Assembly: GCA_002269645.1 (NCBI GenBank)
Contig: NIVC01000650.1
Location: forward strand, 340,996-404,995
Reading direction: 5' to 3'
Source: Macrostomum lignano
Lineage: Eukaryota
DNA: 64,000 nucleotides
Every line of letters starts with the position of its first letter. The stretch's first letter is position 1. The notes under the pieces are model-generated. The model ran no database searches. It had not been told where the DNA came from and saw only the letters and a program-made list of their open reading frames with translations. Below are positions 1-22,513 of this stretch, piece after piece. The position numbers were made by a program, and so were the translations under genes.

Positions 1-237
1 GCCAGTATCTGGGCACCTATGCTAGAATTTAAACTATACTTTTACTTTTCAATATAAAAAGTGTTTTTGAGGATGGTTTTAAACAAGCTTTGTTATTTTG
101 CTTTTTTGTCTTAATTCACAAAGAACTAAACATGTATTTTTTTCGTTTTTAGAAGTACCGACTGATTATTCTTGAATCATTAAAAAAATTATAATTTTTA
201 ATTTATACAATTTCGAAGCACTCACTTATCAATTCTA

Positions 238-790
238 CTCTGAGAATCGTCTCAAATCTATCCTAAGAATCACCTCAAATCTACCCTGAGAATTGCTTCA
301 AATCTACTCTGAGAATCACCTCAAATCTACCCTGAGAATTGCTTCAAATCTACTCTGAGAATCACCTCAAATCTACCCTGAGAATTGCTTCAAATCTACT
401 CTGAGAATCACCTCAAATCTACCCTGAGAATCGCTTCAAATCTATCCTGAGAATCACCTCAAATCTACCCTGAGAATCGCTTCAAATCTACCCTGAGAAT
501 CGCTTCAAATCTACCCTGAGAATCGCTTCAAATCTACCCTGAAAATCACTTCAAATCTACCCTGAGAATCACCTCAAATCTACCCTGAGAATCACCTCAA
601 ATCTACCCTGAGAATTGTCTCAAATCTGCCCTGAGAATCACCTCAAATCTACCATGAGAATTGCTTCAAATCTGCCCTGAGAATCACCTCAAATCTACCC
701 TGAGAATTGCTTCAAATCTGCCCTGAGAATCACCTCAAGTCTACCCTGAGAATCGCTTCAAATCTACCCTGAGCATCGCTTCAAATCTTC
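238..790. repeat. Minisatellite, 23-bp unit (TGAGAATCACCTCAAATCTACCC), ~24 copies
   Basis: Head-to-tail units with minor variants read directly from the sequence. Confidence 0.95.
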
Positions 791-1254
791 CTTCTTAAAC
801 TAAGATTTAAACCGCGTTCAAAACCACTCTGCAGAATTGCACTTAAGATGCAAATAGTTCCGCTACCATTTAAAGTACAAGAATTTGATAGGTGTACTTT
901 TAATTATCAACATCGTGTTGATCTGTAAAACAACCGCATGCCCGCATTTCGTGTCACTGTCATCACTATTTCTGATTTCAGAGACTCGCTTGTGATCTAC
1001 TTTGAGTAGTATTTTTCTAATTAAAAATTATTTTCTCCGGCACGGGTGGATAGCCTTGTGTATGGCTGTGTAAATTACAAGTTCTTCAAATGTACATTAT
1101 AAATGGTGTATGGGCATTGTACCTCTTAAAATGATTTTTTCAAGTCCTTGATTTTTATTCTTGATTCTATTGTCATTCACTGTCATTCCCTTCATGCGTT
1201 CTGAGCTTTCCGTAAAAGTTGTGTTATTTCTCAGTATTTATCTATTCCACTGGA

Positions 1255-1430
1255 AGAGAAAGGAGAACGGATATGAATTGGGATTAGAGGGATAAGAGGG
1301 GAGAGACAAAGAGGAGATAGAAGGGAGCGAGGAAGGGAAAGGGGGTAGAGAGGAAGGGAGAGAGGAAGGGAGGCGGGGGAGAAGAAGGGAGAGGGGAGAG
1401 AAGAAGGGAGAGGGGCGAGAATAAAGGATA
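1255..1430. repeat. Purine-rich (GA/GGA) low-complexity tract
   Basis: Nearly pure A/G run; accounts for the Pro/Leu/Ser ORF 1231-1434. Confidence 0.85.
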
Positions 1431-2020
1431 TCATATTAAACAGAGGAGGATATTGAGAGGCTCATAATAACAGGGACTGAGCTGTTGACAAAAGGCAACA
1501 TCAAAGGAACAAGAGTGCGCAAAGGAACAGACCTATCTGTAAAAAAGCAGGCAACTGTGTTTGCTTTTTAGTCGATTTTGTCAAACTGAACAGCACAGAC
1601 AGCGTTATGCTTGGCTCAGCTTCAGTCTCAATGTATTCTAGAGCGTGTCTGTCATTGAGAGAAAGTGCAAATCTGGCTAATTGGTCTCACCCCTCTTTCC
1701 CAATGCTTCTTTCTATTTTGTTGCTGCGAATGGGTATTGCTCGTAATTACAAAGTTTATCACAAGAAGGCTTTGCCTATTTTTTCTCTTTCCTAAATTCT
1801 CAATCCACTCTTTATCCAGCCTGTCGGAATAATTGCGATAATACAGTTTTGTTAATTCGGTGCCAGCCTTTTGCTATTTATTCAGTGCAAAATACTTCAA
1901 AATCTTGATGCTGTTCGTGTTTGAATTTCTTTTAATTTTTGAAGTTTCTGTCGCCATGCTAGGCATGTCTGTAGAAAGAGTCTAATAATTCACTTCTAGA
2001 GCTGGGTAAAAATTAACCCA

Positions 2021-3021
2021 GGTGACACTTCATTTGGCGCCTCCTGTGACACTTAATTTGGCGCCTCCTGTGACACTTAATTTGGCGCCTCCTGTGACAC
2101 TTAATTTGGCGCCTCCTGTGGCGTCATTTGGCGCCTCCTGTGACACTTAGTTTGGCGCCTCCTGTGCCATTTAGTTTGGCGCCTCCTGTGACACTTAATT
2201 TGGCGCCTCCTGTGACACTTAATTTGGCGCCTCCTGTGACATTTAGTTTGGCGCCTCCTGTGATACATAATTTGGCGCCTCCTGTGACACTTTATTTGGC
2301 GCCTCCTGTGACACTTAATTTGGCGCCTCCTGTGGCGTCATTTGGCGCCTCCTGTGGCGTCATTTGGCGCCTCCTGTGACACTTAGTTTGGCGCCTCCTG
2401 TGACACTTCATTTGGCGCCTCCTGTGACAGTTAGTTTGGCGCCTCCTGTGACACTTCATTTGGCGCCTCCTGTGACACTTCATTTGGCGCCTCCTGTGAC
2501 ACTTCATTTGGCGCCTCCTGTGCCATTTAGTTTGGCGCCTCCTGTGACACTTCATTTGGCGCCTCCTGTGCCATTTAGTTTGGCGCCTCCTGTGACACTT
2601 CATTTGGCGCCTCCTGTGACAGTTAGTTTGGCGCCTCCTGTGACACTTCATTTGGCGCCTCCTGTGACACTTCATTTGGCGCCTCCTGTGACATTTAGTT
2701 TGGCGCCTCCTGTGACAATTCATTTGGCGCCTCCTGTGACAGTTAGTTTGGCGCCTCCTGTGACAGTTAGTTTGGCGCCTCCTGTGACAGTTAGTTTGGC
2801 GCCTCCTGTGAAATTTAGTTTGGCGCCTCCTGTGACATTTAGTTTGGCGCCTCCTGTGACAGTTAGTTTGGCGTCTCCTGTGAAATTTAGTTTGGCGCCT
2901 CCTGTGAAATTTAGCTTGGCGCCTCCTGTGACATTTAGTTTGGCGCCTCCTGTGACAGTTAGTTTGGCGCCTCCTGTGAAATTTAGTTTGGCGCCTCCTG
3001 TGACACTTCATTTGGCGCCTG
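2021..3021 (+). repeat. Minisatellite, 24-bp unit (TTTGGCGCCTCCTGTGACACTTCA), ~41 copies
   Basis: Direct tandem units; source of the LAPPVT/HRRRQ pseudo-ORFs. Confidence 0.97.
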
Positions 3022-3180
3022 TAACACCTAATGTGGCGCCCTGTGACACTCAAATGTGTCACTTCTTTGACACTCAAATGTGTCACTTCTTTGACACTCA
3101 AATGTGTCATCATTGTGACACCAATGTGTGACACCTAATGTGACGCCACTGTCAGATGCCCAGTGCAGTGAATCGCCTGG

Positions 3181-3411
3181 GCGATTATGCTGAGTGAATT
3201 GCAGTCAGAGCCAATCAGCGATCTCGTCGATATGCCTGCCTACTTGTACTCGAGTTACCCCGCTCTATCTTGCCTTTATACAGTCAAACTGCAGCTCTGC
3301 CGCAATTGCGTTGCCTCAAACGCATATCTTAGCGACCTAGTCGTATTATTGCTGCCTGCTTAAAAATTTAACGAATCTGCAGTGATACCGGCGCTTCGAG
3401 ATTCGGTAAGT
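3181..3411 (+). promoter_or_regulatory. Candidate promoter / non-coding first exon (CCAAT box and 5' splice donor)
   Basis: AGCCAATCAG at 3209-3218 and CG|GTAAGT donor at 3405/3406 in unique sequence between two inverted minisatellites. The next + strand coding exon (6800) starts at an acceptor, so an upstream exon is required. The link between them is inferred. Confidence 0.4.
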
Positions 3412-3524
3412 GAGCTAGCCGTTCACGAAAATAAGTGATAATATCACTATTGTCCAATGTCATAAAGCTGATCATACTTGTGTTCATTAGTGACTTGCGC
3501 AATCAATTTTTATTAACTTGCCAT

Positions 3525-3738
3525 AATGAGTGCCTGAGGCGCCAAAATGAGTGCCTGAGGCGCCAAAATGAGTGCCTGCGGCGCCAAAATGAGTGCCTGA
3601 GGCGCCAAAATGAGTGCCTGCGGCGCCAAAAGGAGAGCCTGAGGCGCCAAAATGAGGGCCTTCGGCGTCAAAATGAGAGCCTGGGGCGCCAAAATGAGAG
3701 CCTGAGGCGCCAAAATGAGAGCCTGAGGCGCCAAAATT
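3525..3738 (-). repeat. Minisatellite, 21-bp unit (GAGGCGCCAAAATGAGTGCCT), ~10 copies, inverted relative to the 2021-3021 array
   Basis: Reverse complement contains TTTTGGCGCCTC, the core of the 24-mer array. Confidence 0.92.
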
Positions 3739-4254
3739 AGTGCTAGCAACACCGATTTTCAAAATAATGCACATGCAGGAACTTTAGTCGTGTACAAGCA
3801 GAGTTCTTGGCTTCCCCCCCCACCATGATAAAATACATGGCGACGGCCCATCTCTCAGGTCAGCAGTCCTTGCTGTCATGCAGTCAGTCTCTTACTCCGC
3901 TAAATGCAGAGCCAGTATGGATTTATGCATATTTCATATTTCATATCGCGATATCTTCAAGTATGGGAACGCTGCCGCTGCAGGCTCCCTGCTGTGCGTG
4001 TTAGGGGGTGTAATGCTGCTGACACCTATATTTAGCTGAGAATTCCCCAAGGAGCTGTAGGCCGCTGGCTCAGCAAATGTTGATTGCAGCTGTCGGCATA
4101 TGCAATTTTTTGTTTCTGGCTTCAATGTAATGTTTACACTTCCTGTATGACTGTTGCATGTACATAGCATGTGCATGTAATAGCTCAAACTACTTTCGTT
4201 ATTATTGTCAATTTATGTAATTTATAGTCATTTTTACAGCCCTACATAATAGAT

Positions 4255-4995
4255 ATAGTAACTGAGTCTATTACTAGTAACTGAGCCTATTACTAGTAAC
4301 TGTGTCTATTACTAGTAACTGAGCCTATTACTAGTAACTGAGCCTATTACTAGTAACCGAGTCTATTACTAGTAACTGAGTCTATCATTAGTAACTGAGT
4401 CTATTACTAGTAACTGAGTCTATTACTAGTAACTGAGTCTATCATTAGTAACTGAGCCTATTACTAGTAACTGAATCTACTACTAGTAACTGAGTTTCTT
4501 ACTAGTAACAGAGTCTATTACTAGTAACTGAGTCTATCTCTAGTTACTGAGTCTATTACTAGTAACTGAGCCTATTACTAGTAACTGAGCCTATTACTAG
4601 TAACTGAGCCTATTACTAGTAACTGAGCCTATTACTAGTAACTGAGCCTATTACTAGTAACTGAGCCTATTACTATTACTAGAGTTTCTTACTAGTAACT
4701 GAATCTACTACTAGTAACTGAGTTTCTTACTAGTAACAGAGTCTATTACTAGTAACTGAGCCTATTACTAGTAACTGAGCCTATTACTAGTAACTGAGCC
4801 TATTACTATTAACTGAGCCTATTACTAGTAACTGAGTTTCTTACTAGTAACTGAGCCTATTACTAGTAACTGAGCCTATTACTAGTAACTGAGCCTATTA
4901 CTATTAACTGAGCCTATTACTAGTAACTGAGTTTCTTACTAGTAACTGAGCCTATTACTAGTAACTGAGTTTCTTACTAGTAACTGAGTTCATAT
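4255..4995. repeat. Minisatellite, 19-bp unit (ACTGAGCCTATTACTAGTA)
   Basis: Direct tandem units, each with the palindrome TACTAGTA. Confidence 0.95.
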
Positions 4996-5479
4996 TACTA
5001 GTAGATGAATCCAATACGAGTAACTATTTCCAAAAACCTGTTTAAAACTTGAAGCTCATCTGAACTTTGCTTTTTCTGTATTTTCTGTGTATCTGACCAT
5101 CAGGATTTCCCTAATCTATGTCTGCAGTCGAAGTTCAATGTCTCAAACACGAGCTATTTCGAAGAAATTGTCCAATTTCTAGTTCGCAAAAGTCTTAAGC
5201 CACTCGCTGGGATTTGAGTTGCAGAAAGCTGATAGCACCCGACCCAGTTTTCAGGCCGCGTCCGCTCGGCTGCATCAGAACTTGATCTGGCTTTTCCGCA
5301 TGAAAAGTTTTCTTTCTCTGTAGCGAGTCTTTGACTATGAATTCGAGTTTGAATTCGCCTTGATGCGCGAGACTGTCTCGCAGCTTTTCTGCTTTGAGGA
5401 AAATCCCAGTTTTCAGACTCTCCATTGTCTATTGATTGCTCAGCCATTTGTCTGCCTTTGTTCGACTAATTTTTTTCTG

Positions 5480-5761
5480 ATTGATTGATTACCTGCTTGC
5501 TTTCTTTCTTGCTTGATTGATTGATGGACCGATTGGTTGATTGATTGGTTGATTGATTGATTGATTGATTGATTAACTGAGTGGTTGATTGATTGATTGA
5601 TTGATTAGCTGATTGATTGATTGATAGATAGATTGATTGATTGATTGATTGATTGATTAGCTGATTGATTGATAGATAGATAAATAGATAGATTGATTGA
5701 TTGATAGGTTGATTGATTGATTGATTGACTGATTGGTTGATTGATTGATTGATTGATTGAC

Positions 5762-5798
<37 letters not shown>

Positions 5799-5840
5799 TG
5801 TTGATTGATTGATTGATTGATTGATTGATTATCTGATTGG

Positions 5841-5898
<58 letters not shown>

Positions 5899-6012
5899 AT
5901 CTGATTGATTGATTGATTGATTATCTGATTGATTGATTGAATGATTGATTGATTAGCTTATTGATTGATAGATAGATTGATTGATTGATTGATTGATTAA
6001 CTGATTGGCTGG

Positions 6013-6069
<57 letters not shown>

Positions 6070-6150
6070 GGATTTATGGATTGATTTATCAACTGATTGA
6101 TTGATTGATTGATTAACTGATTGATTAGTTCAATGATTAATTGACTAATT
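5480..6150. repeat. (GATT)n microsatellite
   Basis: Long imperfect GATT/GATA run. Confidence 0.97.
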
Positions 6151-6394
6151 CATTTGATTTCTGGCGTACATATGCGAGCAAGATATTTCTGATGCTAATT
6201 TTTTACAAACAAGATTAGCAAGCAATTTTCGCTCTTAAACCAGACACCTTCAATTTCGTTCGACAAAAATCCCCATTTAGCTCGGGGCTTTACGGCTGAG
6301 CAACCTGAGACTGTCTCCATCAGTCAGCATCTCTCCGCTGTTTCCAGTCGAACAGCAGATCGACTGTTAGAATTAAAATTTGAAAATTTCTACA

Positions 6395-6625
6395 ATATGA
6401 GATTCTCAGTTAGACAGTGAGAGTCTATGCTATGAGATTCTCAGTTAGGCAGAGAGTCTATCCTATGAGATTCTCAGTTAGGCAGTGAGAGTCTATCCTA
6501 TGAGATTCTCAGTTAGGCAGAGAGTCTATCCTATGAGATTCTCAGTTAGGCAGTGAGAGTCTATCCTATGAGATTCTCAGTTAGGCAGAGATTTTATGAG
6601 ATTCTATGAGAGTCCAGCCTATGAG
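6395..6625. repeat. Minisatellite, ~31-33-bp unit (TATGAGATTCTCAGTTAGGCAGAGAGTCTATCC)
   Basis: About 6 tandem copies. Confidence 0.9.
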
Positions 6626-6822
6626 ATTCTAAGCTAAGGCTGAGTCTGCAATCCCGTGAACTTTCGCGGACTTGAGAAGAAAAGTTCGCCTGTGATCTTG
6701 GATTACCAAGTGATATTAAATGGAATTTGTAAGGAAAATTCCCTAATGACATTGAGAAGACTGCAAATACAGTGTAATCACTAAATATTCTTCTATTAGT
6801 GCACCAGAAGTCCAATATCGGC

Positions 6823-16939
<10,117 letters not shown>

Positions 16940-17686
16940 CACATTTTCAGATGCTCAGGTTCAAAGATCAAGACTTCACAAAGTCGCTTTATAATGTCTT
17001 CATAATAGCGAATGCACTTTTAGGACCAAGGATCAACGTGCATTGCGGATGCATCAGGAGAAAAAACCCTTATTTTTATGTACAATTTAACATGCGTTTT
17101 CTGGATAGAATATCCACCTTTTTAACCGCATAATACATGATTGCTTAACTTCTGCTATTACAACTATCACATGAGAAGCTCTTTGTCAGGGAGCAAGACT
17201 AAAGCAGTCCTCATGCTGCGTGGCTTGGGGACCCCAGACCTCGTTGGAACGTGGTTATTACGACCGTATCGTAGGCGAAGAAAAATCTTCCAGAAATCTT
17301 CGAGTCTTTTCCCTAGCCACCTACACGCAGTTGTTAATTTTATAAATTCATATAGGTAGCTTTGTACTCGTAAAAAAGAGACTGCCAGAATCCTGTGGAG
17401 TAAGATCAGTATTTTGCTATTTTGCTTACAGAACGTGACTACTAGTGGCGTTGTTTTTGTACTAATAGTGACAGATATCTACAATATTGCTATTGAATAC
17501 ATGAACATTTATTTTAAGTGTTCTGGTAAACTACTTATTAATCTGTTGTTAATAGCCAAAACCGAGTATTATTACGGCATAATTAAGTTGCCAATGAATA
17601 ACAAAACGAATAAATTGTTTGTTTTTTGCTGCATGCAGAGGAAGCCGTATTTTAACTGTTTCTGTATTTTATAGTCTTTAATCTTT

Positions 17687-17879
17687 GGGCCGTATGCAGA
17701 AAGCCTAGTCCAGACTAGCTAGTCCGGACTTGGGTAGTTCAGTCTATAGTCTATGGTCTAGCTAGCCTAGTTCTGCTATAGTAGACTGGTCTAACTTTGT
17801 ATTTCTGCATACCAAATCCAAGTCTAGACTAGCTTTTGAAGACCGGACTACCCTAGACAGAGCTTTCTGCATACGGCCC
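17687..17879. mobile_element. MITE (~190 bp) with 18-bp TIRs, PIF/Harbinger-like termini
   Basis: GGGCCGTATGCAGAAAGC ... GCTTTCTGCATACGGCCC; no clear TSD. Confidence 0.7.
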
Positions 17880-18742
17880 ATAGCAAGTGCTTCACTCGTA
17901 ATGCAATGGTTATTTAACAATAATAACCTCTCCCCTTATACTTTCAAACACTTCTCTGATGCAAACTCTGGTGTTCACTTTTCCCTCTTTTCAGTCAATC
18001 TTTCAGTCAGCACGATTGTTGTAGCGTAGAAAGCTCTTTAGGGTCGGGATTTGGTTTGAATTTATACGAGCCACAATACATGTGCATCACTTTCACTGAA
18101 AATCTGATAGGTTGCTGTGTGTATGTTGGTGAGTGCATGTTGCTGAGTGTACATATATGTTGCTGAATTTATGTTGCTGGGTGCATGTTGTTAGGTTTAT
18201 GTTAATAGAACGACAGCTTGCTGTAAAAGTGAGCCTATAGTAGGAATTTTCACAGCTTACCAATAAGCTGACTGGCTTGACTTAAGTTCTCACATAAAGT
18301 GACTTTGCAATTCGAAACTTTCCAAACATTCTAACCAATATGCAATGGCTTAACGTTTCCTATTACAACCACGACAGTTGATGGATGAGAACTTCTAACA
18401 AGTTAACAGGAAAACAGCGAAGTGACGGTGCTTAATAATCTGCTGAACGCCTTTGGATCTGACGGGTATGCAAGATATCAAAGCGTCTGTCAAAAAAATC
18501 TATTTGCTCATTGGTTTGCTAAAATTAAACTTGAATATCGCGAGCTTGAAGATGCACTCGTGCGTGACGAGTGTTTCCGTCATGCTTCTCAATGATTTTT
18601 AAGGTCGATATTTTGCCTTTTGATTTCACGGATAGATCAGCGATTTAAAAATCCGACCCTCGCTTGATGGATTATGTTTACCAAAGAAAGTTTATTGAAT
18701 CCGCTCCAGAAGGGAGTCAAAGATTCTTCAGAATTTCCCTTG

Positions 18743-19873
18743 TCACGCAGTGGCCGGTGTAGCAGACCTCTGCCCGTCCGGACGCTCTGTCCTATTGACA
18801 CACGAAAGCAGTTCCACAACTGACTGCCGGAAGCTGCGACTTTGGTGCAGCATCACCAGGACATTGCAGGCCTGATTCGTTATTGCCAGAGCCTTGACCA
18901 CGAACACCATCTCGAGTAGGATGGGCACGGATTCCTGGGTTCTGTTCAGGAAGAACAGGCTCCATTCCATGGGCAGTGAAGGCAGATTCGACAGCAAAGT
19001 CACCGTTGACAGGACAAGAACAATCTTTGTAGCGCGCAGTCTCGTGGCGTCTTGCTTGAGGCGGTCGCTCAATCCGATACCGGTGGATAGAGCTTGGCTG
19101 CGTTCGCGTCTCACTCGAAACATGCCAATCAAAAGGTTTAAGTTGAACATCAGGATGAGCAGCAGCAGCAGTGTTGGCGGGCTGCAGGCCATGTTCCAGT
19201 AGAACTGCTCCGCAAAGCTGCCGTCCGATGGCACGCAGCCAACAAGCACGTGACCAGATCCGTCCGGGAATCGAGCCTGCTTGCTAAAGAGCATCTGCGG
19301 GCATGACAAAAGCAGGGCAAACAGTCCAGCGGTCAGCATTGTCTTGACCGCGAACTTTGGACCGAAGCGATGAAATCGGAATGGAGCAGCCATCGACAGG
19401 GCCCGATCCGCCACCATGGCCAGGAGAAGAGCGGCAGGTAGGACCTGGCCCATACCGGCAATAAAAAAGTGCAGCTTGCAGCCCCACAGCTGTTGATTGT
19501 ACAGAATGAATCCGTATTTGCCTCCGCTCAGCCAGGGCAGGCCTTTGGGTAGGAAGAGCGCGATCAGTCCTAGGCCTGTCACGGTGGCAGCGTCGGCCAG
19601 AGCGATGCAGCCAAAGTAGGTGTTCTGCCTCGTGAGCGGCCTCTGGCGAATGAGCGTCACGTATCCAACCAGACCGTTGCCTAGGAGGCTAAACACCATC
19701 ACAACAGGTAGGACGCAGCCATAGACTGCTCCAGCCAGTGTCGATGCGATGCAAGCAGCTCTCTTGTCAACCAGGCAATCTTTGAGCAGACCCATCAGGC
19801 TAAACATTTCGATCTCGATGTCATGATAGTTTTTAGTAGTTGATGATGTGCCATTTCCATTTTGTTGCTCCAT
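18743..19873 (-). CDS. Intronless rhodopsin-like (class A) GPCR, probably peptide-receptor-like orphan, 376 aa
   Basis: Seven hydrophobic segments; GN in TM1, IALAD in TM2, WGC before TM3, DRA in place of DRY, P in TM6, SRSFR helix 8; N-glycosylation sequon near the N-terminus. Confidence 0.92.
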   Translation of the reverse strand: MEQQNGNGTSSTTKNYHDIEIEMFSLMGLLKDCLVDKRAACIASTLAGAVYGCVLPVVMVFSLLGNGLVGYVTLIRQRPLTRQNTYFGCIALADAATVTGLGLIALFLPKGLPWLSGGKYGFILYNQQLWGCKLHFFIAGMGQVLPAALLLAMVADRALSMAAPFRFHRFGPKFAVKTMLTAGLFALLLSCPQMLFSKQARFPDGSGHVLVGCVPSDGSFAEQFYWNMACSPPTLLLLLILMFNLNLLIGMFRVRRERSQALSTGIGLSDRLKQDATRLRATKIVLVLSTVTLLSNLPSLPMEWSLFFLNRTQESVPILLEMVFVVKALAITNQACNVLVMLHQSRSFRQSVVELLSCVNRTERPDGQRSATPATA

Positions 19874-19899
19874 TATATTGTTGCTCGCATACGAGTGTA

Positions 19900-20110
19900 A
19901 TACTACTTATAACTCACAACAATAAAAAATTATGTACGCCGTCAGAGGTATTTAGTTAAAATAAATTGCAGCGTCACTGGGCCCAAACGAATCTCGGGAG
20001 GTGGCGGCGTCTCAGCAGCAGACAGTCGATAAAACGCCGAATGCGTGCCTGTCCTCGCTGGTAAGTGTAGCTGCTGCCGAAAACTCAACGATCGTCACTT
20101 TGATGGGCTA
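19900..20110 (-). mobile_element. Short 3' fragment of the same LINE family as 21360-22620
   Basis: GCAG..AGTCGA..AAACGCCGAATGCG is shared with 21495-21530; ACAAC-type tail remnant near 19915. Confidence 0.6.
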
Positions 20111-20715
20111 TAGGCCGAGTTGTGTTGCCTTGCTGGGACTCTTACACGGATATTGTTGGATATTAGCTAATAACGCAATTTAACGGGTCGTTTTAGTATA
20201 TGTGTATGGATTTTGAATTCTGAAGAAGTTATTTATAGAAAATCGCGCGTTACATTAGTTTTAATTGACCTTTGTATTCCCATCGGCGTACAGTACATAT
20301 ATTAGGCAGTCAAGAACCTGTGGGTAACAAATCTTCCGAGTTTCCTCAAACAAGCGCCAATCAAGAGCTGTTACAATAATTTAACACAAAAATCCCAAAA
20401 CCAATAGCACAAGATTTAATGCATTCATTATCAGCGTTTGAGATCGGCTCTGCTCAATAGTAGCCAAGCTATCAGAATTGAATCTCACACCTCAGAATAA
20501 AAGTTTTGTATACATACAGTACATGTACATGTATTTTTGGTCAAAAAGCTATTGCAGAAGTACTGCAAATCCGCTTAAAGTTCGCTAAATTTTATCAGTT
20601 TTTTATTCATTCCTTAAAAATCGCATTTTAAGAAATGAAGAAAGAGAACAAGACCAATTTAATTCATTCCATAAGACTATTAACACATCTCATTTACGTC
20701 TATATTTACACGTCT

Positions 20716-21315
20716 TATATACTGTCCGTCAAAAGTTCCGGAACCCTTGCTACGATGTCTTCTAGCGGACATAATTTCAGTCCGTTTCAATTGTAACTTG
20801 ATTCAAATGAAAGCTGCGGATCTCAGCTCCATGATGTGGTCAAGAAAAAGTTTATTCGAAGGAGCGCGTGTGCGAACAGGCCAGTGTTATGTACATAAAG
20901 GTTAGAGAAAAAAAGTGAGGAAAAGACAAACAAGCAATTGTCTATGGTTGCTGAGTCTATGGAGCAAACACACATGGGAAGGAATCAGTTTGCGCGCAGT
21001 GTTCAGCCTGGCTAACATTAGTCTATGGCCAAAACTTGTGTTGAAATCAACAGGCTCTTATGGATTCTTGTGCAGTCAGCTTTCATGGGAGAGTCAATTG
21101 CTTGTTTGTCTTTTCCTCACTTTTTTCTCTAACCTTTATGTATTAACACTGGCCTGTTCACACGCGCTCCTTCGAATAAACTTTTTCTTGACCACATCAT
21201 GGAGCTGAGATCCGCAGCTTTCATTTGAATCAAGTTACAATTGAAACGGACTGAAATTATGTCCGCTAGAAGACATCGTAGCAAGGGTTCCGGAACTTTT
21301 GACGGACAGTATATA
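20716..21315. mobile_element. Palindromic MITE: ~220-bp near-perfect inverted arms around a ~154-bp spacer, TA flanks (Tc1/mariner-type)
   Basis: Arm 20716-20940 is the reverse complement of 21095-21315 (ACTGTCCGTCAAAAGTTCCGGAACC ... GGTTCCGGAACTTTTGACGGACAGT), flanked by TATA. Confidence 0.88.
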
Positions 21316-22075
21316 TACTGACGGCGGCTATATAGTGCTTAAAAGACCGAAGCTCAATTATAGCTAGCACAACACCAACAACAACAAAATACGTTGTCAG
21401 TCAGTCAGCAGACAACGTCACAGGGCACGTTTCAAGGCCTGGGCGCGAACTTAGGCAGCACCGCCGGTGCAGTGTCCGGGGCGCCGGCATCAACCAGCAG
21501 GCAGTCGACGAAACGCCGAATGCGGGCCTACCCCCGACGGTAGGGTGCCTGCAGCGTCAGCAGCAGCAACTCCTGCACCGGCTGCGGGCAGTACGACTCG
21601 GCTCGGATGAATGGCCTGTCAGCTGGAGTCGCCGACGGCGCAACAGTTCGCTGGGACGAGACAGGCCGGTGCGGCGATCGAGTGCCACATTGGTGACTCG
21701 CTCGTAGCCGATCTTGAAGGTGGCACGCAGCAGGCCAACGTGCGCCGCATCGACCAGCTGTTCGAGCGAATCCGTCAGCGTCCAGGTCTCAGCGTTGTAC
21801 AACAGGACGGTCTCGATTACCGCCTGGAACAACGCCGCCCTCTGGTGGTCGGACAGCTGGCCTCGGACTGCAGAACAGCCTTCACGGAACGAAAGGCAGC
21901 CCAGGGAAGTCCACGACGAGGTTGCAACTAGGTCCTCGCGAACGTCAGACACCGGTACCGTCAAAACGGTAGACGAACTGTTGACAGCACGGAAGCTTCG
22001 TCACCTGCCCACTAGCGCCTCGGCAGAAAATTGCAGCCTCGATGTCTTCCGGTACGCAGAGCACGATGGTCTTCT

Positions 22076-22124
22076 CAAGGACTACTTAAGTATACATGTA
22101 TATACGTTACTTTAGTCGTCCTTG
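22076..22124. mobile_element. 49-bp mini-element with 7-bp TIR and perfect 8-bp TSD (hAT-type)
   Basis: GGTCTTCT|CAAGGAC...GTCCTTG|GGTCTTCT; interrupts the LINE RT. Confidence 0.8.
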
Positions 22125-22463
22125 GGTCTTCTGCGTGTTGACCACCAGGCCGACGCTTGCAACAACGCTCACCAGCCAGCCCAGCTGGCGCTGGGCACCC
22201 GCGACGGTCGAAGATAGCATGGGCGAGATCGTCGTAGCCAAGCACGCTGAGCCGACTCTCCGATTGGCGTCGACCCAGGCATTTCTGCATGCAGCAGGAA
22301 TTGCCGTCATCGTTAGAAGGGAGAGCAGCCCGCAGCACCCAGTCAAGCACCAGAACGATCGGAACGGCTCAAGCGTATCTCCTAAAGCACCCCAGAGGAT
22401 GTCTCAAAGAAATCCGACAGGCCGTCCATAGCACAGAAGCTAGCGTTCGTACTATTATACAGC

Positions 22464-22513
22464 CAAGGACGACTGAAAGTAATCTATATATATCTACTTA
22501 AGTATAGTCCTTG
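22464..22513. mobile_element. Second 50-bp copy of the mini-element, opposite orientation
   Basis: TATACAGC|CAAGGAC...GTCCTTG|GATGCAGC (6/8 TSD match); internal sequence is the reverse complement of 22076-22124 with a few changes. Confidence 0.7.

Noticed and set aside
5128-5447. Short ORFs on both strands (5154-5447 -, 5195-5425 -, and a + frame after an acceptor near 5127)
   Set aside because: No recognisable motif or consistent splice partner; could be UTR sequence.
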